Assembly (NCBI RefSeq): GCF_000143415.4
Contig: NW_003314338.1
Location: 444,202-508,201 of the forward strand
Reading direction: 5' to 3'
Origin: Selaginella moellendorffii
Lineage: Eukaryota > Plantae > Lycopodiophyta
Length of the DNA stretch: 64,000 bases
The notes beneath the pieces are model-generated. The model was given only the letters and a program-made list of their open reading frames with translations, had not been told where the DNA came from and made no database searches. Position 1 is the stretch's first letter, and the number at the start of each line of letters is the position of its first letter. Positions 12,055-22,430 of this stretch are shown here, piece by piece. The translations under genes were made by a program, and so were the position numbers.

Positions 12055-12339
12055 TCACGCGTGCTTGAAGAGCTTCATGCTGAGCCAGTGGAAGTAGACA
12101 GCCACGATCAAGACCGGGATCGTCATGGGAACCAGGAAGAAATAGTACCTGGGATCATCAAGAAACCCCAGATCTCGTCAAGAAACGATGAAGCGAAGGA
12201 CTTACCACTCTCCCCGGATGAAATCCAGAGGCTTTGGCCCCGACGATGGCAAGAGCTGCGCCAAGAACGCGAAGTAGACGATGGCGCCAAAGGAGCAAAC
12301 GCTGAGCGCTAGAAGAACAGCTCCGCCTTTCCCGCGCAT
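12055..12339 (-). CDS. PIG-Y: PIG-Y, GPI-GlcNAc transferase subunit Y (75 aa; exons 12339-12206 and 12148-12055)
   Basis: Splicing a 57-nt GTAAG..CAG intron (12149-12205) gives MRGKGGAVLLALSVCSFGAIVYFAFLAQLLPSSGPKPLDFIRGEWYYFFLVPMTIPVLIVAVYFHWLSMKLFKHA*. The C-terminal WYY..LVP.T.PV..VAVYFHWLSMKLFKHA is the PIG-Y signature. Absent from the ORF track. Confidence 0.9.
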
Positions 12340-12580
12340 TGCTTCTGCCCTAAAAGTTTGAACGAACTCACCCGGGTTAGCGTTAACCTAACCTGGAATC
12401 CCTTTAAAACGATGCCTGGATCTTCGGATCCTTTTTTAATATATGAGGAGGAGGAAGCCCGTGTGTCTCGAGGGCTCTTGTCCACGCGCACACCCCAGCG
12501 CGCTTCTTGGAAGGTACGATTCAATCCATCTTGGCGCTCGATCAATCTCCAGGGGAATCGATTCCAGTCCACGCCGCCAT
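12340..12580. promoter_or_regulatory. Short divergent (bidirectional) promoter between PIG-Y and the RING-H2 gene
   Basis: About 240 bp between oppositely oriented gene starts. Contains telo-box-like AACCTAACC/GCCCTAAA and a TATA-like TTTAATATAT. Confidence 0.45.
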
Positions 12581-12720
12581 GAATCGATCTGGTCGGTAAT
12601 CCGATTTCGCGAGATTTCGTGCTCGACTCACCCTGTTCTTGACAGCCGCGCAAGATTCTACCCGGAATGAGAGATCGATCGGCAAAGGTATGGAAATCTC
12701 TTCCAAGAAGCCTAATGTAG

Positions 12721-13710
12721 GAACCAGGGGCGTGTCCAGGTCGTCGGCGCAGAGCTGCCGCGGAGCAGCGGCGGATAGAACAGCAGCGATGGGGGCAATT
12801 CGACGAAGACAAGGACGAGGATGGAGCTACGGACTTGATCCTAGCGCCGGCGCCGAGGCGGCGTAGCAGGCGTCCCTCGCGGCGAGAGCTGCTACAGGAT
12901 GAGCTCCAACTGGCGAGGGATGAGCTCGAGATGGAGGCGCTGCGCTTGCGATACGGCGGATCTCACGAGCTCGATATTGCTCTAGGTAAGTTGTCGCAAC
13001 TCGCAAGGTACTTCTTTCCCTCTTCTTTGCTTGTTTGGTTTTTTTCTTTTCTTTGTTTGAGTGCCTTCTTTGCTTCCATTGATCAAAGTGGTTTGCCTTC
13101 CTTCATCTATTATGTTTTCCCTTCTCACGGTTCTTCTATTTGTTTTGAGAAAACTTCTCACGCTTCTCCTTGTTGGTTTGTCTTCCTTCATCTTTTTTCC
13201 TTTTCTCGAGAGAACTTCTCACGGTTTGAAGTGCAGCCTTGTCTCTCTCCTTGAGTGATGAACCGACTTACGCTCACGCGGAGGCTACTGCGGTTTCTTC
13301 ACTGGATATGTCGTATGAGGCAAGTAACTTCCCTTCTTTCTTTTCGCGTAGTTTTCTCGAGCCTGAGACTCACTCGTCTTCCACAGAGCCTCGTAGAACT
13401 CGAGAGCGTGAAGTGCGTGGCTTCTCCAGCTCTAGTGGCTTCCCTTGACCGGACCATCTTCTCAGATGGCGGCGGCGGCGGCTCCGCCGAGTAAGTCCCT
13501 CTGATCACTCTCCCTCCTCTGACTTGGGCTTTCTTTGTGGCTTTTCTATCCAGCTCTTGCGTCATCTGCCAGAACGAATACGTTGGCGGGGACAATCTCT
13601 CCCGCCTACCTTGCAAGCACGACGTTCACGAAGCTTGCGGCTCCGAGTGGCTGCTCAACTATTCAAAGCTCTGCCCCGTCTGCAAGGCGGACGTGACCAT
13701 GGAGCATTGA
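12721..13710 (+). CDS. RING-H2 zinc finger protein (putative E3 ubiquitin ligase), multi-exon; 5' end uncertain
   Basis: Spliced exons give ...LDMSYE|SLVELESVKC...GSA|DSCVICQNEYVGGDNLSRLPCKHDVHEACGSEWLLNYSKLCPVCKADVTMEH* (C3H2C3). A GC-AG intron at 13320-13386 is required. Candidate ATGs lie at ~12579 and 12667. Confidence 0.85.
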
Positions 13711-13888
13711 TCTTTGTACAGTTCCAGGTAAAACTTCATACTCGATCGATCGAAACTAAGAGAACTTCTTCCTTTCTTGTCCCGCAGATAGGTACATTAT
13801 TATTTCTCATTGATTCATCTAGCAACGATGAACAAGCTGTACATTCAACCTTGTAAAAAATGGTTCTTCTTTCTTGTATTTAACTTGT

Positions 13889-16024
13889 ATGTCAAGGCAG
13901 CGTGTCTTATCGTGGAACATCGCTATAGCAGGCCATGCCCGAAATGGTCAGGTGGAGCTCGCAAAGGCGGTGTTTGACGAGAGCCCCCAGCGCGACGTGT
14001 CTTCGTGGAACACACTCGCGCAGGCCTATCTCCACCGCCAGGACTTCTCCTCCGCGAAAAGAGCCTTCGATGGAATGCCTTCTCACGACGTTGTGTCGCT
14101 CAACACGATGGTTTGTGGGCACGTTCGGGCTGGATTGGTCCAACACGGTGAGGATCTCTTCCGCTGGATGGCGCAGAGGAGCAGCGTCTCATGGAAGAGT
14201 TTGTGCCAAGCATATGCCCAAACTGGGCATCTGGAGAGAGCTAAGAACTTGTTTGAGAAAATGCCACAGTTGGATCTTTTGTCATGCACAAGCCTCTTGA
14301 GTGTATTTGCCCAAACGTGTCAAGTGGAACAAGCAAAACTTATTTTTGATGTGATGTGTTTTAGAGATGTTCTGTGCTGGGTTGCCATGCTTGCAGCATA
14401 TGCCAAAGCTGGGTATATGCTAACTACTGAAGTGTGTTTTGCTTTGATGCCTTTCTGGGACAATGTGGCGTTCACTGTTATGGTGGCGACATATTCCCGT
14501 TGTGGACAGTTAACCAAAGCCTTGGATATCTTTCAGAAAATAGTCTCTCACGACGTTTATTCCTGGACTGCGCTGCTTTCGGCATATGCCTCAAACGGGC
14601 ATCTTGAGGAAGCGCAAGGAATCTTTTCCTTTATGCCGTGCCGCGGGCCTGTCGCGTGGAACTCGATGATTTCTTCGTTCTCGCAAATGGGAAACTTGGA
14701 AGTGACGAAGTTTTTGTTTGAAGAGATGCCTCAGCTGGACATTGTGGCGTGGGCGTCGCTGGTCATGGCCAGTACCGAGGCAGAACAAATGGGCTTGGCC
14801 CAAAACGTGTACGACCGGATGCCCCAGCACAATGCCGTGGTTTGTACGTCGCTTTTCCAGGCATATGCCCGCTATGGACATCTCAAAGAAGCCGAGAAAA
14901 TGTACCACGGAATGTTCTACAAAGATGCCCTCTCGAGTACAGTCTTGTTGAGTGCCTACATACGGAACAAAGAACCGGTTCTAGCGAAAGAGTTTTTTGA
15001 CAAGATGTGGAAGAGGGATCAGTTTTCGTGGAACATTTTGCTGTGCGGCTTTGTGCACTGCGGCTTGCTAGACAAGGCCGAGATTCTGCTGCACGAAAAG
15101 ATGCCAATGTACGGCATTGTGCCGATGAATGCCATTCTAGCCGGATATTCCCAGCTTGGGAATCTGGAGAAAGCTAAGATGCTCTTTGATGCTCTTCCTT
15201 GTGGCAATGTTGTCTCGTGGTCCATTCTCATTGCTTGCCATGCGCACAAAGGGGAATCTCTCCAAACAAAGCTCGTGTTTGGAAAGATGCCGCAGCTAAA
15301 CATGGTGGCTTGGAATGCCTTGGGATTCGTTAGTGGTTTGACGAAGCAGCTGGAAACAGCACGAGAAGTTTTCCATTCGATGCCGGGTCGTGATTTTCTC
15401 TCGTGGGCGAATTTTCTTACAACATCACTATCGAGTGGAGATCTTCCATCGGCAAAGCGGGTCTTTGAAAAGATCCCGATGCTGGACATGGTTCTTTGGA
15501 CGACTTTGGTTTTGGCTCATGCCCAAGCTGGGCATATTGGTGAAGCCAACACACTCTTTGCAAAGATGCCAGCCAGAGACTTGGTAGCCTGCAACGCCAT
15601 GCTTGGAATCTATGCCCAGAATGGGTATTGCAGCGAGGCAACTGGCCTCCTCCAAGAGATGACCCTGGAAGGTTTGAGCGCCGATGGAACGAGCTTCACG
15701 AGCTTGCTCAGTGGATTTGGCCACTCAGGATTGCTCAGCGATGGATTGAGCTGCTTGGCGAGCATGGCTAATGACTTTGGTCTTGTTCCAGATCCCCAAC
15801 ACTACAGCAGTGTGATTGATCTCGTTGCCAGGAGTGGAGAGGTGAAAGATGCAAAGGGAATGCTGGCATCGTTTGGCCTTGCAAGCGATGTTGCCTGGAG
15901 GAGCTTGCTCGCTGCTTGCCGCATTCAGCTGGATGAAGAGAGCGCCCTGGCAGCTGCTAGCTCCCAAGAACATCACAAGGAAAAGGCTCCCTATTCTTTG
16001 CTTGTAAACATTCTTGCAAGCTGA
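13889..16024 (+). CDS. PLS-class PPR protein (~710 aa), degenerate E extension, no DYW
   Basis: Intronless ORF of tandem PPR motifs ending HYSSVIDLVARSG...AWRSLLAACRIQ...PYSLLVNILAS. The first ATG (13889) leads directly into a PPR motif. Confidence 0.9.
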   Translation: MSRQRVLSWNIAIAGHARNGQVELAKAVFDESPQRDVSSWNTLAQAYLHRQDFSSAKRAFDGMPSHDVVSLNTMVCGHVRAGLVQHGEDLFRWMAQRSSVSWKSLCQAYAQTGHLERAKNLFEKMPQLDLLSCTSLLSVFAQTCQVEQAKLIFDVMCFRDVLCWVAMLAAYAKAGYMLTTEVCFALMPFWDNVAFTVMVATYSRCGQLTKALDIFQKIVSHDVYSWTALLSAYASNGHLEEAQGIFSFMPCRGPVAWNSMISSFSQMGNLEVTKFLFEEMPQLDIVAWASLVMASTEAEQMGLAQNVYDRMPQHNAVVCTSLFQAYARYGHLKEAEKMYHGMFYKDALSSTVLLSAYIRNKEPVLAKEFFDKMWKRDQFSWNILLCGFVHCGLLDKAEILLHEKMPMYGIVPMNAILAGYSQLGNLEKAKMLFDALPCGNVVSWSILIACHAHKGESLQTKLVFGKMPQLNMVAWNALGFVSGLTKQLETAREVFHSMPGRDFLSWANFLTTSLSSGDLPSAKRVFEKIPMLDMVLWTTLVLAHAQAGHIGEANTLFAKMPARDLVACNAMLGIYAQNGYCSEATGLLQEMTLEGLSADGTSFTSLLSGFGHSGLLSDGLSCLASMANDFGLVPDPQHYSSVIDLVARSGEVKDAKGMLASFGLASDVAWRSLLAACRIQLDEESALAAASSQEHHKEKAPYSLLVNILAS

Positions 16025-16554
16025 TAGCTTCATTTACACAAGTGAGAAAGTGAGTGAAGAGGTGAAAATTAAGTGGTTTTATGCCCCTAGAGTCTAGGTG
16101 GGTGTTGAAAAAACATACACTGTAAAATCTAAAGCTCTAAGTAGTTTTTTAGAATACCACAAAAACAAGTCCTTGATTTTGGTTGACCCTCCAAAGCCTT
16201 CACACAAGTTCCAGAAATTATGTGTGTCATATTGAGAGGAATTAGGATGCTCATAGGTGGAAAATGTACTGACACTTCCCCAAACTTCTGACTCAACTGA
16301 CTGAAGGGCAGGGTCCATGTCCCCACTTGCAAAATGTAGCTTTCCCCACCTCAGGCGCTCACAGGAATCTCTCCTCTCATTTACTGATTCCCAAATTATG
16401 TTGTGGCCATTGAGTGTGTTGATTTCTTTCTTTGCTTTCCCCTGCTTTTCCTTCCACCCACAGATCTATATAGAAATCCTTTCTCCTCTATCACTTGCTT
16501 GATCTGGAAAATAGATCTGATGCTCTGACCTTTCAAAGCTTCCCCCTGCTCCCC

Positions 16555-16917
16555 TCATGATCCCTGAATTGCAGACTGGATTGTGAACTGACACCATAGC
16601 AGAAACAGCACCAGTGCAATGAGCCCTCCAACCAAGAGTGAAGACTGTGAAATCCCTGGATTTGATGGGCTGAGCTTTGAGCCAGAGGGAGAGGGAGAGG
16701 AGGAGGAAGAGCTGAGGAAATGGAGGAGGAAGAGCAGGAGAACTGGGAGCAAAAAGAGTGGCTTGAGTGACATCTCTGATGATTTCTCCTCCTCCTCTTC
16801 CTCCTCTGCTCCCTCTAATGTAAGATACCATGGGATAATCAGGATTCCCAGCACCAGCACAAGAATGAGCAATGGAACCAGTGGGGATGGAGAGGAGGCA
16901 TCTGCAGCTGTTGCCAT
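16555..16917 (-). CDS. Small plant transmembrane protein (120 aa, three hydrophobic segments)
   Basis: ATG-initiated ORF: TM (LVPLLILVLVLGILIIPWY), acidic linker, TM (LFLLPVLLLFLLHFLS), Ser/Pro linker, TM (LLVGGLIALVLFLLWCQ). This layout matches a known family of small plant membrane proteins. Confidence 0.75.
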   Translation of the reverse strand: MATAADASSPSPLVPLLILVLVLGILIIPWYLTLEGAEEEEEEEKSSEMSLKPLFLLPVLLLFLLHFLSSSSSSPSPSGSKLSPSNPGISQSSLLVGGLIALVLFLLWCQFTIQSAIQGS

Positions 16918-17354
16918 TTTCGAAAATGGGAGAAAAGAAAATAGAGAAAAAAGATAAAAGGGAATGAAAAGAGGCAGCTGCTGTTGTAGGTAGATGGAAT
17001 TGAAGCTGTTTGTATTTACTTTCTCTTTTGTATTTCTGGTCTGGTTCTTCCTTGTGGAGGTCCTTTGCAGCCCAGTAAAAATGCTTTAAAATTCTACACA
17101 CTCACATGTAAGATGGTGTCAAGCTCTTGCTTGAGCCCGCCTGCATGTTTCCTTTGATTTGCTCTCCCTCCTGTAACTTTTTTCTTCTTTTTATCCTCCT
17201 TGATTTTGTTGGTAGAGTCTAAAAAGGAAGCAGAGCGCGTTTTCTCTTCCGTCCTACTCCATAAACATCAACGTCGTCTTGTCCCAAACAGATGCCTTTT
17301 TGGTGCATTTTCTTTTTTCTTTAGAGAAAAGAAGTCTTGTTTTTTCCTTTGATT

Positions 17355-19937
17355 TTAGTGACTACTTGATAGTGAATTTGCTAGAAGGGCCAGGGCTCCA
17401 GCTCTCTTTCCATCCAGCCTAGCGAGCACATTGGTTCCTTTGATTAGAGTTTTAGGAGCCGCTCCCAGTAAACATGTCCACTCCAAGGAATCTGGCTCGA
17501 ATGGCATGTTCTCGATTAGATCTCTCGCAGCTTCATAAGAGGCTGCTCTTCCCACTAAATCGACCATGCAAGAGTAGTGCTGCTTCAAAGCCACAAATCC
17601 GTAGCTTTCAACCAGCATGAAAAAATTCTTCCTTCCATTTTCAAGATCTCCCAAGCGACTGCACGCAATAAGAACTGATACAAAACACGTCTGGTCGGTC
17701 ACGTCCAAGATTTTCGCTTCCTCAAATAAAGCAAAAGCTTCAAGGTAGTGGCGGTTTTGGGCATATGCAGCAAGCATCGTGTTCCAGGTAACAATGTCTT
17801 TCTCAGGCATTTTATCGAAAAACGCTTTTGCAAGAGCTATATCCCCAGCTTGGGCATATGCAGCAAGCATGGCATTCCATGTTACTACAGTTTTCTCACC
17901 GCACATAGTGTGGAACATCCCAAAGGCAGTTTGTAGGTCTTCACAGGCTAGAATCTCATTGAAAGAAATAGAATCTTGCTGTGGCATGGAGTTGAATACA
18001 ACCTTGGCTTGCTCGATATGCCCAGTTTGGACATATCCACAAAGCATAGAATTCCAAGAAGATAAACCTCTATGCGGCATTTGCTCAAACATTGCCTTTG
18101 CGTCTTCAATGCGATTGTTCATTGCATAGGCACTTAACATTGCATTCCAAGACACGATATCGTGAACTGGCATTGAATCAAACAAGAGTTTTGCCGATTC
18201 AAGCTGACCTGTTCTTGAGTAGCCTGTGATCATAGTTGTCCAGGCTACAAGGTCTGTCTCTGGAATTTGGTCAAAAATGCTCTTTGCTTCCTCCATCTCT
18301 CCTTCTTGGGCATATGCTCCTATCATGGTAGTCCAAACACAAAGGTCCTTAGTGGGCATAGCATCAAATATGATTCCAGCATTTTGAAAGTCACCTTTCT
18401 TAGAATAAGCCCATATAAGTATTGCCCATGAAACTAAATTCCATTGTGGCATTGTATCAAAGATATTGGAGGTTTTCTCAAAGTTTTTCCCTTGTGAGAA
18501 GGCCATTAGCATTGCATTGTAAGAGCTCAAGTCCTTCTCTAGCATTCTAAGAAACAAAAACTCACATTCTAGATAATACCCATGTCGGGCATATGCTAAG
18601 AGCATTGTATTTGCAGATAAAAGGTCCCACTCTGGCATTGTGTTAAAAATGTGTCTTGCATAATCAAAATCATTTGCTTGATTATAGCATGACAGCAAAC
18701 ACGTCCACGAAACTAAGTCATATTGGGGCATATCCTCAAATAAACGACGAGCTTCATCAATATATCCCATTTGGGCATATGCTTTCAACAAGGTGGTATA
18801 AGACGTCATATCCTTCCAATGTAAATCCTCAAAAATCTTCTTGGCCTCGTCAAAATTTTGATTAGAAGCATAAAAGGCAAGCATGGCATTCCATGAGATA
18901 ATAGAATGCTCTGGTAGTTCACAGAGCATTCGCTTGGCCTGCAACGTATCACCTTCGCTTACATAAGCAGAAAAAAGAGTGACCCATGACACACAATCAT
19001 GAGTTGGAATCGAGTCTACAAGTTTTTCTGCCTTTTCAATATGTCCAGTTTCAATAAATACAGAGAGCAGAAGTGTAGAAGAAACTAAGTCGATCTGTGG
19101 CATATTCACGTATATGCTCTCAGCAAAGGATACATTTTCGTCTTGGCAGTACCCTTCCAGAATTGTGTTCCAAGATACAAAATCTTGATACCGCATTGTG
19201 TCAAAGAAATTTCTGGCCTCTTGCATTTGCCCGGATTTGGTAAATGCTCGTAAAACGATGTTGCTTGATATCAAGTCAAACACAGGCATTTTGTTGTAGA
19301 GGGCTTCTTTTTCCGGTACTTTTTCAGAATTGTAAGCCGAAAGTATCAACGTCCAAGAAACTAAGTCGTGAACCGGCATCCTCTCAAACAGAAATTTGGC
19401 ATTTACTAGATGCCCATCACGGGCATATACAGAAAGCATGGAGTTCCAGCTCACAAGGTTTCGTTCGGTCATTTCGTTGAACACTAGCTCTGCCTCCTGT
19501 ACCTCGCCATGTTTTGCATACAGTGTGAGAAGTATATTGTGGCAGACAACGTCCCACATTGGCATACGAGCAAAGATTCTCTTAGATTCGCTGATATGCC
19601 CATGCCGGGCATATGCCTCGAGCAGCACTGTCCACGAGACAATGCCGGGTTGTGGAATCTCCTCAAAGAGAAGCCTCGCATTTCTAAGATCGTCATTTTT
19701 GCAGTAAGCTAGGAGGATGGCGTGCCAGGAAAAGGAATCTTTCGATCTCAGGGAATCAAAGACGGCTCGTGCGTGGCTAGGCGAGCCGCAGTGGCCGTAC
19801 GCTTGAATCAGCTTGTTGGCAGCGAAGAGATTGTGTGGAAGAAGCGATTTGATCCGCTCGTGAATCTCTCTCGCATCAACCAGAGTTTTGCAGCGCTCGA
19901 TCTGGGCGAACAAATCCCGGTGAGAACTTGGAGCCAT
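17355..19937 (-). CDS. PLS-class PPR protein (~860 aa), no DYW
   Basis: Intronless tandem PPR motifs. First ATG at MAPSSHRDLF (19937); ends HYSCMVDLVGRA...MPFEPDSLEWTCLLGA. Confidence 0.93.
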   Translation of the reverse strand: MAPSSHRDLFAQIERCKTLVDAREIHERIKSLLPHNLFAANKLIQAYGHCGSPSHARAVFDSLRSKDSFSWHAILLAYCKNDDLRNARLLFEEIPQPGIVSWTVLLEAYARHGHISESKRIFARMPMWDVVCHNILLTLYAKHGEVQEAELVFNEMTERNLVSWNSMLSVYARDGHLVNAKFLFERMPVHDLVSWTLILSAYNSEKVPEKEALYNKMPVFDLISSNIVLRAFTKSGQMQEARNFFDTMRYQDFVSWNTILEGYCQDENVSFAESIYVNMPQIDLVSSTLLLSVFIETGHIEKAEKLVDSIPTHDCVSWVTLFSAYVSEGDTLQAKRMLCELPEHSIISWNAMLAFYASNQNFDEAKKIFEDLHWKDMTSYTTLLKAYAQMGYIDEARRLFEDMPQYDLVSWTCLLSCYNQANDFDYARHIFNTMPEWDLLSANTMLLAYARHGYYLECEFLFLRMLEKDLSSYNAMLMAFSQGKNFEKTSNIFDTMPQWNLVSWAILIWAYSKKGDFQNAGIIFDAMPTKDLCVWTTMIGAYAQEGEMEEAKSIFDQIPETDLVAWTTMITGYSRTGQLESAKLLFDSMPVHDIVSWNAMLSAYAMNNRIEDAKAMFEQMPHRGLSSWNSMLCGYVQTGHIEQAKVVFNSMPQQDSISFNEILACEDLQTAFGMFHTMCGEKTVVTWNAMLAAYAQAGDIALAKAFFDKMPEKDIVTWNTMLAAYAQNRHYLEAFALFEEAKILDVTDQTCFVSVLIACSRLGDLENGRKNFFMLVESYGFVALKQHYSCMVDLVGRAASYEAARDLIENMPFEPDSLEWTCLLGAAPKTLIKGTNVLARLDGKRAGALALLANSLSSSH

Positions 19938-19961
19938 TATTTTTCTGTGATTGAGTGGGAC

Positions 19962-21467
19962 ATGATCCACGCTGTTCTTCCAAGCTCTAGGGACGAAATC
20001 GCGGCAGCCATCCGGCACTGTGGAGACAGCAATGATGTGTTCGCCGGCAGGAAAATCCACGCCCAGATCCACCTCTCCCGACAGCACCGGGAGGATCTCT
20101 TCCTCGCCAATCTCCTCGTCCAGATGTACGGCAGGTGGGGCGACACCTGTACGGCACTCGAGACCTTTCGCGCCATCCCCGACAAGAACCTCTTCTCATA
20201 CGCCATCATGATGACTGCCTACCTGGGCACCACCGACATCGCGGGCTGTAAGAGAATATTCGATGCCATGCCCCTGCGCGATCTAGTGTCCTGGAACGCC
20301 ATGGTTACTGCATATGCCCAAAATGGGTATATTCTAGAGTCTCGGCATATGCTTTTTTTAATGCCGGAATGGGACGTCTCCTCGTGGAATTCTCTGCTAT
20401 CGGGGACGGCACAAAATGGGAATATACGTGAGGTACAAGAGGTTTACGGTATGATGCCGTACCGTGACGTTGTGACGGATAGTACGCTCTTGGCAGCATA
20501 TGCCCATAAAGGGCATTTGGAGTTGGCGGAGGAACTTTTTGAGAGTATGACGGTCAGGAACATGGTGTCGTATACGTCGATGGTTGCTGCGTACGGGAAA
20601 AGTGGGATGATCCAGAGAGCGAAATCTATGTTTGATATGATGCCAGAGAGGAATCTCGTTTCGTGGACTGTGATGATTTGTTTGTTTGCGGAGAATGGGC
20701 TCCCAGAGCAAGCAAAGCGCACATATGATCTAATGCCGTGCCAAGATTGTGTCGCTTTGGTTGTGGTGCTGGATTCTTATGCGCAGATTGGAGACAGAGT
20801 TCGTGCCAAAGAGCTGTTTGATTCAATGCCCAAGAAGAGCTTGATCGCGTCAAATGCATTGATGAAAGCACACGCTCTAGCTGGGGACCTGGATGGAGCG
20901 AAAAGTTTTCTGGAGCAGATGCCCGAGTGGAGTGAATCTTCCTTTAACTTTTTCATTGAGTTGTATGGAAGGCATGGGTTTGTTCTTGAGGCTAAATCCA
21001 TGTTTGATATCATGCCCTTAAAGAGCGTCATATCATGGACAAACATGACAGTTGCATTTGCCTCAAATGGACGTGTAGAAACCGCTTTTAAGCTCTTTGA
21101 TGGGATGTTTGAGAAAAACAAAGTGATATGGAACACAATCCTCCATGGATTTGCGCTTAATAACCACAGGACAGAGAGTCTTGAGTTGTTTGTTAAAATG
21201 GTGATTGAGGGATTTGATCCAGATGAAATATCTTTTAACAGTGTTCTGAGTGCTTGCAATCACACTGGGAATACTAAATTGGGTTTGGATTACTTGATCT
21301 CAATGGAAGTGGACTTTGGATTGAAAGTAATGTTAGAGCATTTTCATTGTGTCATGGACCTATTAGGGAGGGTAGGCAGGCTTGATGAAATTGAACAATT
21401 GTTCAATCGTATGCCATCTGCACCAAATAGTATCACATGGACTATTTTCTTAGCATCTTATCATTAG
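19962..21467 (+). CDS. PLS-class PPR protein (~500 aa), ends at the start of the E domain
   Basis: ATG at MIHAVLPSSRDEIAAAIRHC, tandem PPR motifs, ending HFHCVMDLLGRVG...MPSAPNSITWTIFLASYH* at the edge of the AT-rich island. Confidence 0.9.
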   Translation: MIHAVLPSSRDEIAAAIRHCGDSNDVFAGRKIHAQIHLSRQHREDLFLANLLVQMYGRWGDTCTALETFRAIPDKNLFSYAIMMTAYLGTTDIAGCKRIFDAMPLRDLVSWNAMVTAYAQNGYILESRHMLFLMPEWDVSSWNSLLSGTAQNGNIREVQEVYGMMPYRDVVTDSTLLAAYAHKGHLELAEELFESMTVRNMVSYTSMVAAYGKSGMIQRAKSMFDMMPERNLVSWTVMICLFAENGLPEQAKRTYDLMPCQDCVALVVVLDSYAQIGDRVRAKELFDSMPKKSLIASNALMKAHALAGDLDGAKSFLEQMPEWSESSFNFFIELYGRHGFVLEAKSMFDIMPLKSVISWTNMTVAFASNGRVETAFKLFDGMFEKNKVIWNTILHGFALNNHRTESLELFVKMVIEGFDPDEISFNSVLSACNHTGNTKLGLDYLISMEVDFGLKVMLEHFHCVMDLLGRVGRLDEIEQLFNRMPSAPNSITWTIFLASYH

Positions 21468-22068
21468 TCTTACCTCAGAAAATTAAAATAAAGATGTTAT
21501 TAATTTTGAGTTTATTTTAAATTTAATAAAATACAAGGGTAAATTGTAGTATGATTAAGTTTTCTGATCTTTTCTTGTTACTTATTTAGAGTGGTGTCAA
21601 TTATTCTTTTCTCCAACTTGTCATAATATTTGAAATGGTCTCTTCCACTAAGTAAGGAGCCCTTTAGATAAACCACATATCATAAAATTGGGAAAATAAA
21701 CTATCATCCATTTTATACTTTGTAGATGGGTAATAATGAGAGTTATAAAGCCATTGTTATTCCACTTATATATGGCCTAATTCTTCAGTAGACTCCACTC
21801 AAAACAGTGAAAGAATGATTATTAAATATTGATCCTAGGACTTAGTATTAGCAATTTATATCAATTGTGAAGGTAAACTCAACTTTATTAGTAATATTAT
21901 GACCATATAGAAGTTTATCTAGTGAATTATTAACAAAACTTTGTACCCCTATGATACACACGTATTAAAAGATAACAAATAATTATCCCAATTTGAATAG
22001 TAAAAGCTTACGTATCGTGTAATCATCATTTTGAAGGTCCAAATAAACCATTCTACTAAACTATCTAA

Positions 22069-22430
22069 AGGGGGGAGTGATCATGGGTATTAAAAGTTAT
22101 TTATTGGCTAATGTTTTTTGGATATTTTTTCTTTATTACCATGACGGCAAGAGGTTGGTATTATAAGATTCTTTATCTGTCCCTCTTGTTGAAGAGGTGA
22201 TAGTTTACTGTGTTTGCTAAACACTTTTGCTATCATGCCCATTATGTTGGTTTTGATCAACTTAAGGTATGGCTAATCAACTTAAGGCATAGTTTAGCTC
22301 CCACTTGCATGCTTGTTCTTGTTTTGCATCTAGCTTTGGTCTAATCTTGAGTTTCACACTATGCTAATTGGTGGAATATCTATATCCTAGCGTTAGGTTA
22401 CCAGTACATTGAAATAGCAACAAACCAATA
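22069..22430 (+). mobile_element. Deleted/decayed copy of LTR family A, preceded by a polypurine tract
   Basis: AAGGGGGGAGTG followed by blocks matching 33884-34640 (GGCAAGAGGTTGGTATT, CCCTCTTGTT, GGCATAGTTTAGCTCCC, CACACTATGCTA). Confidence 0.6.

Noticed and set aside
11752-12312. 186-aa plus-strand ORF
   Set aside because: Antisense to PIG-Y and the PPR 5' end; explained by their codon bias.
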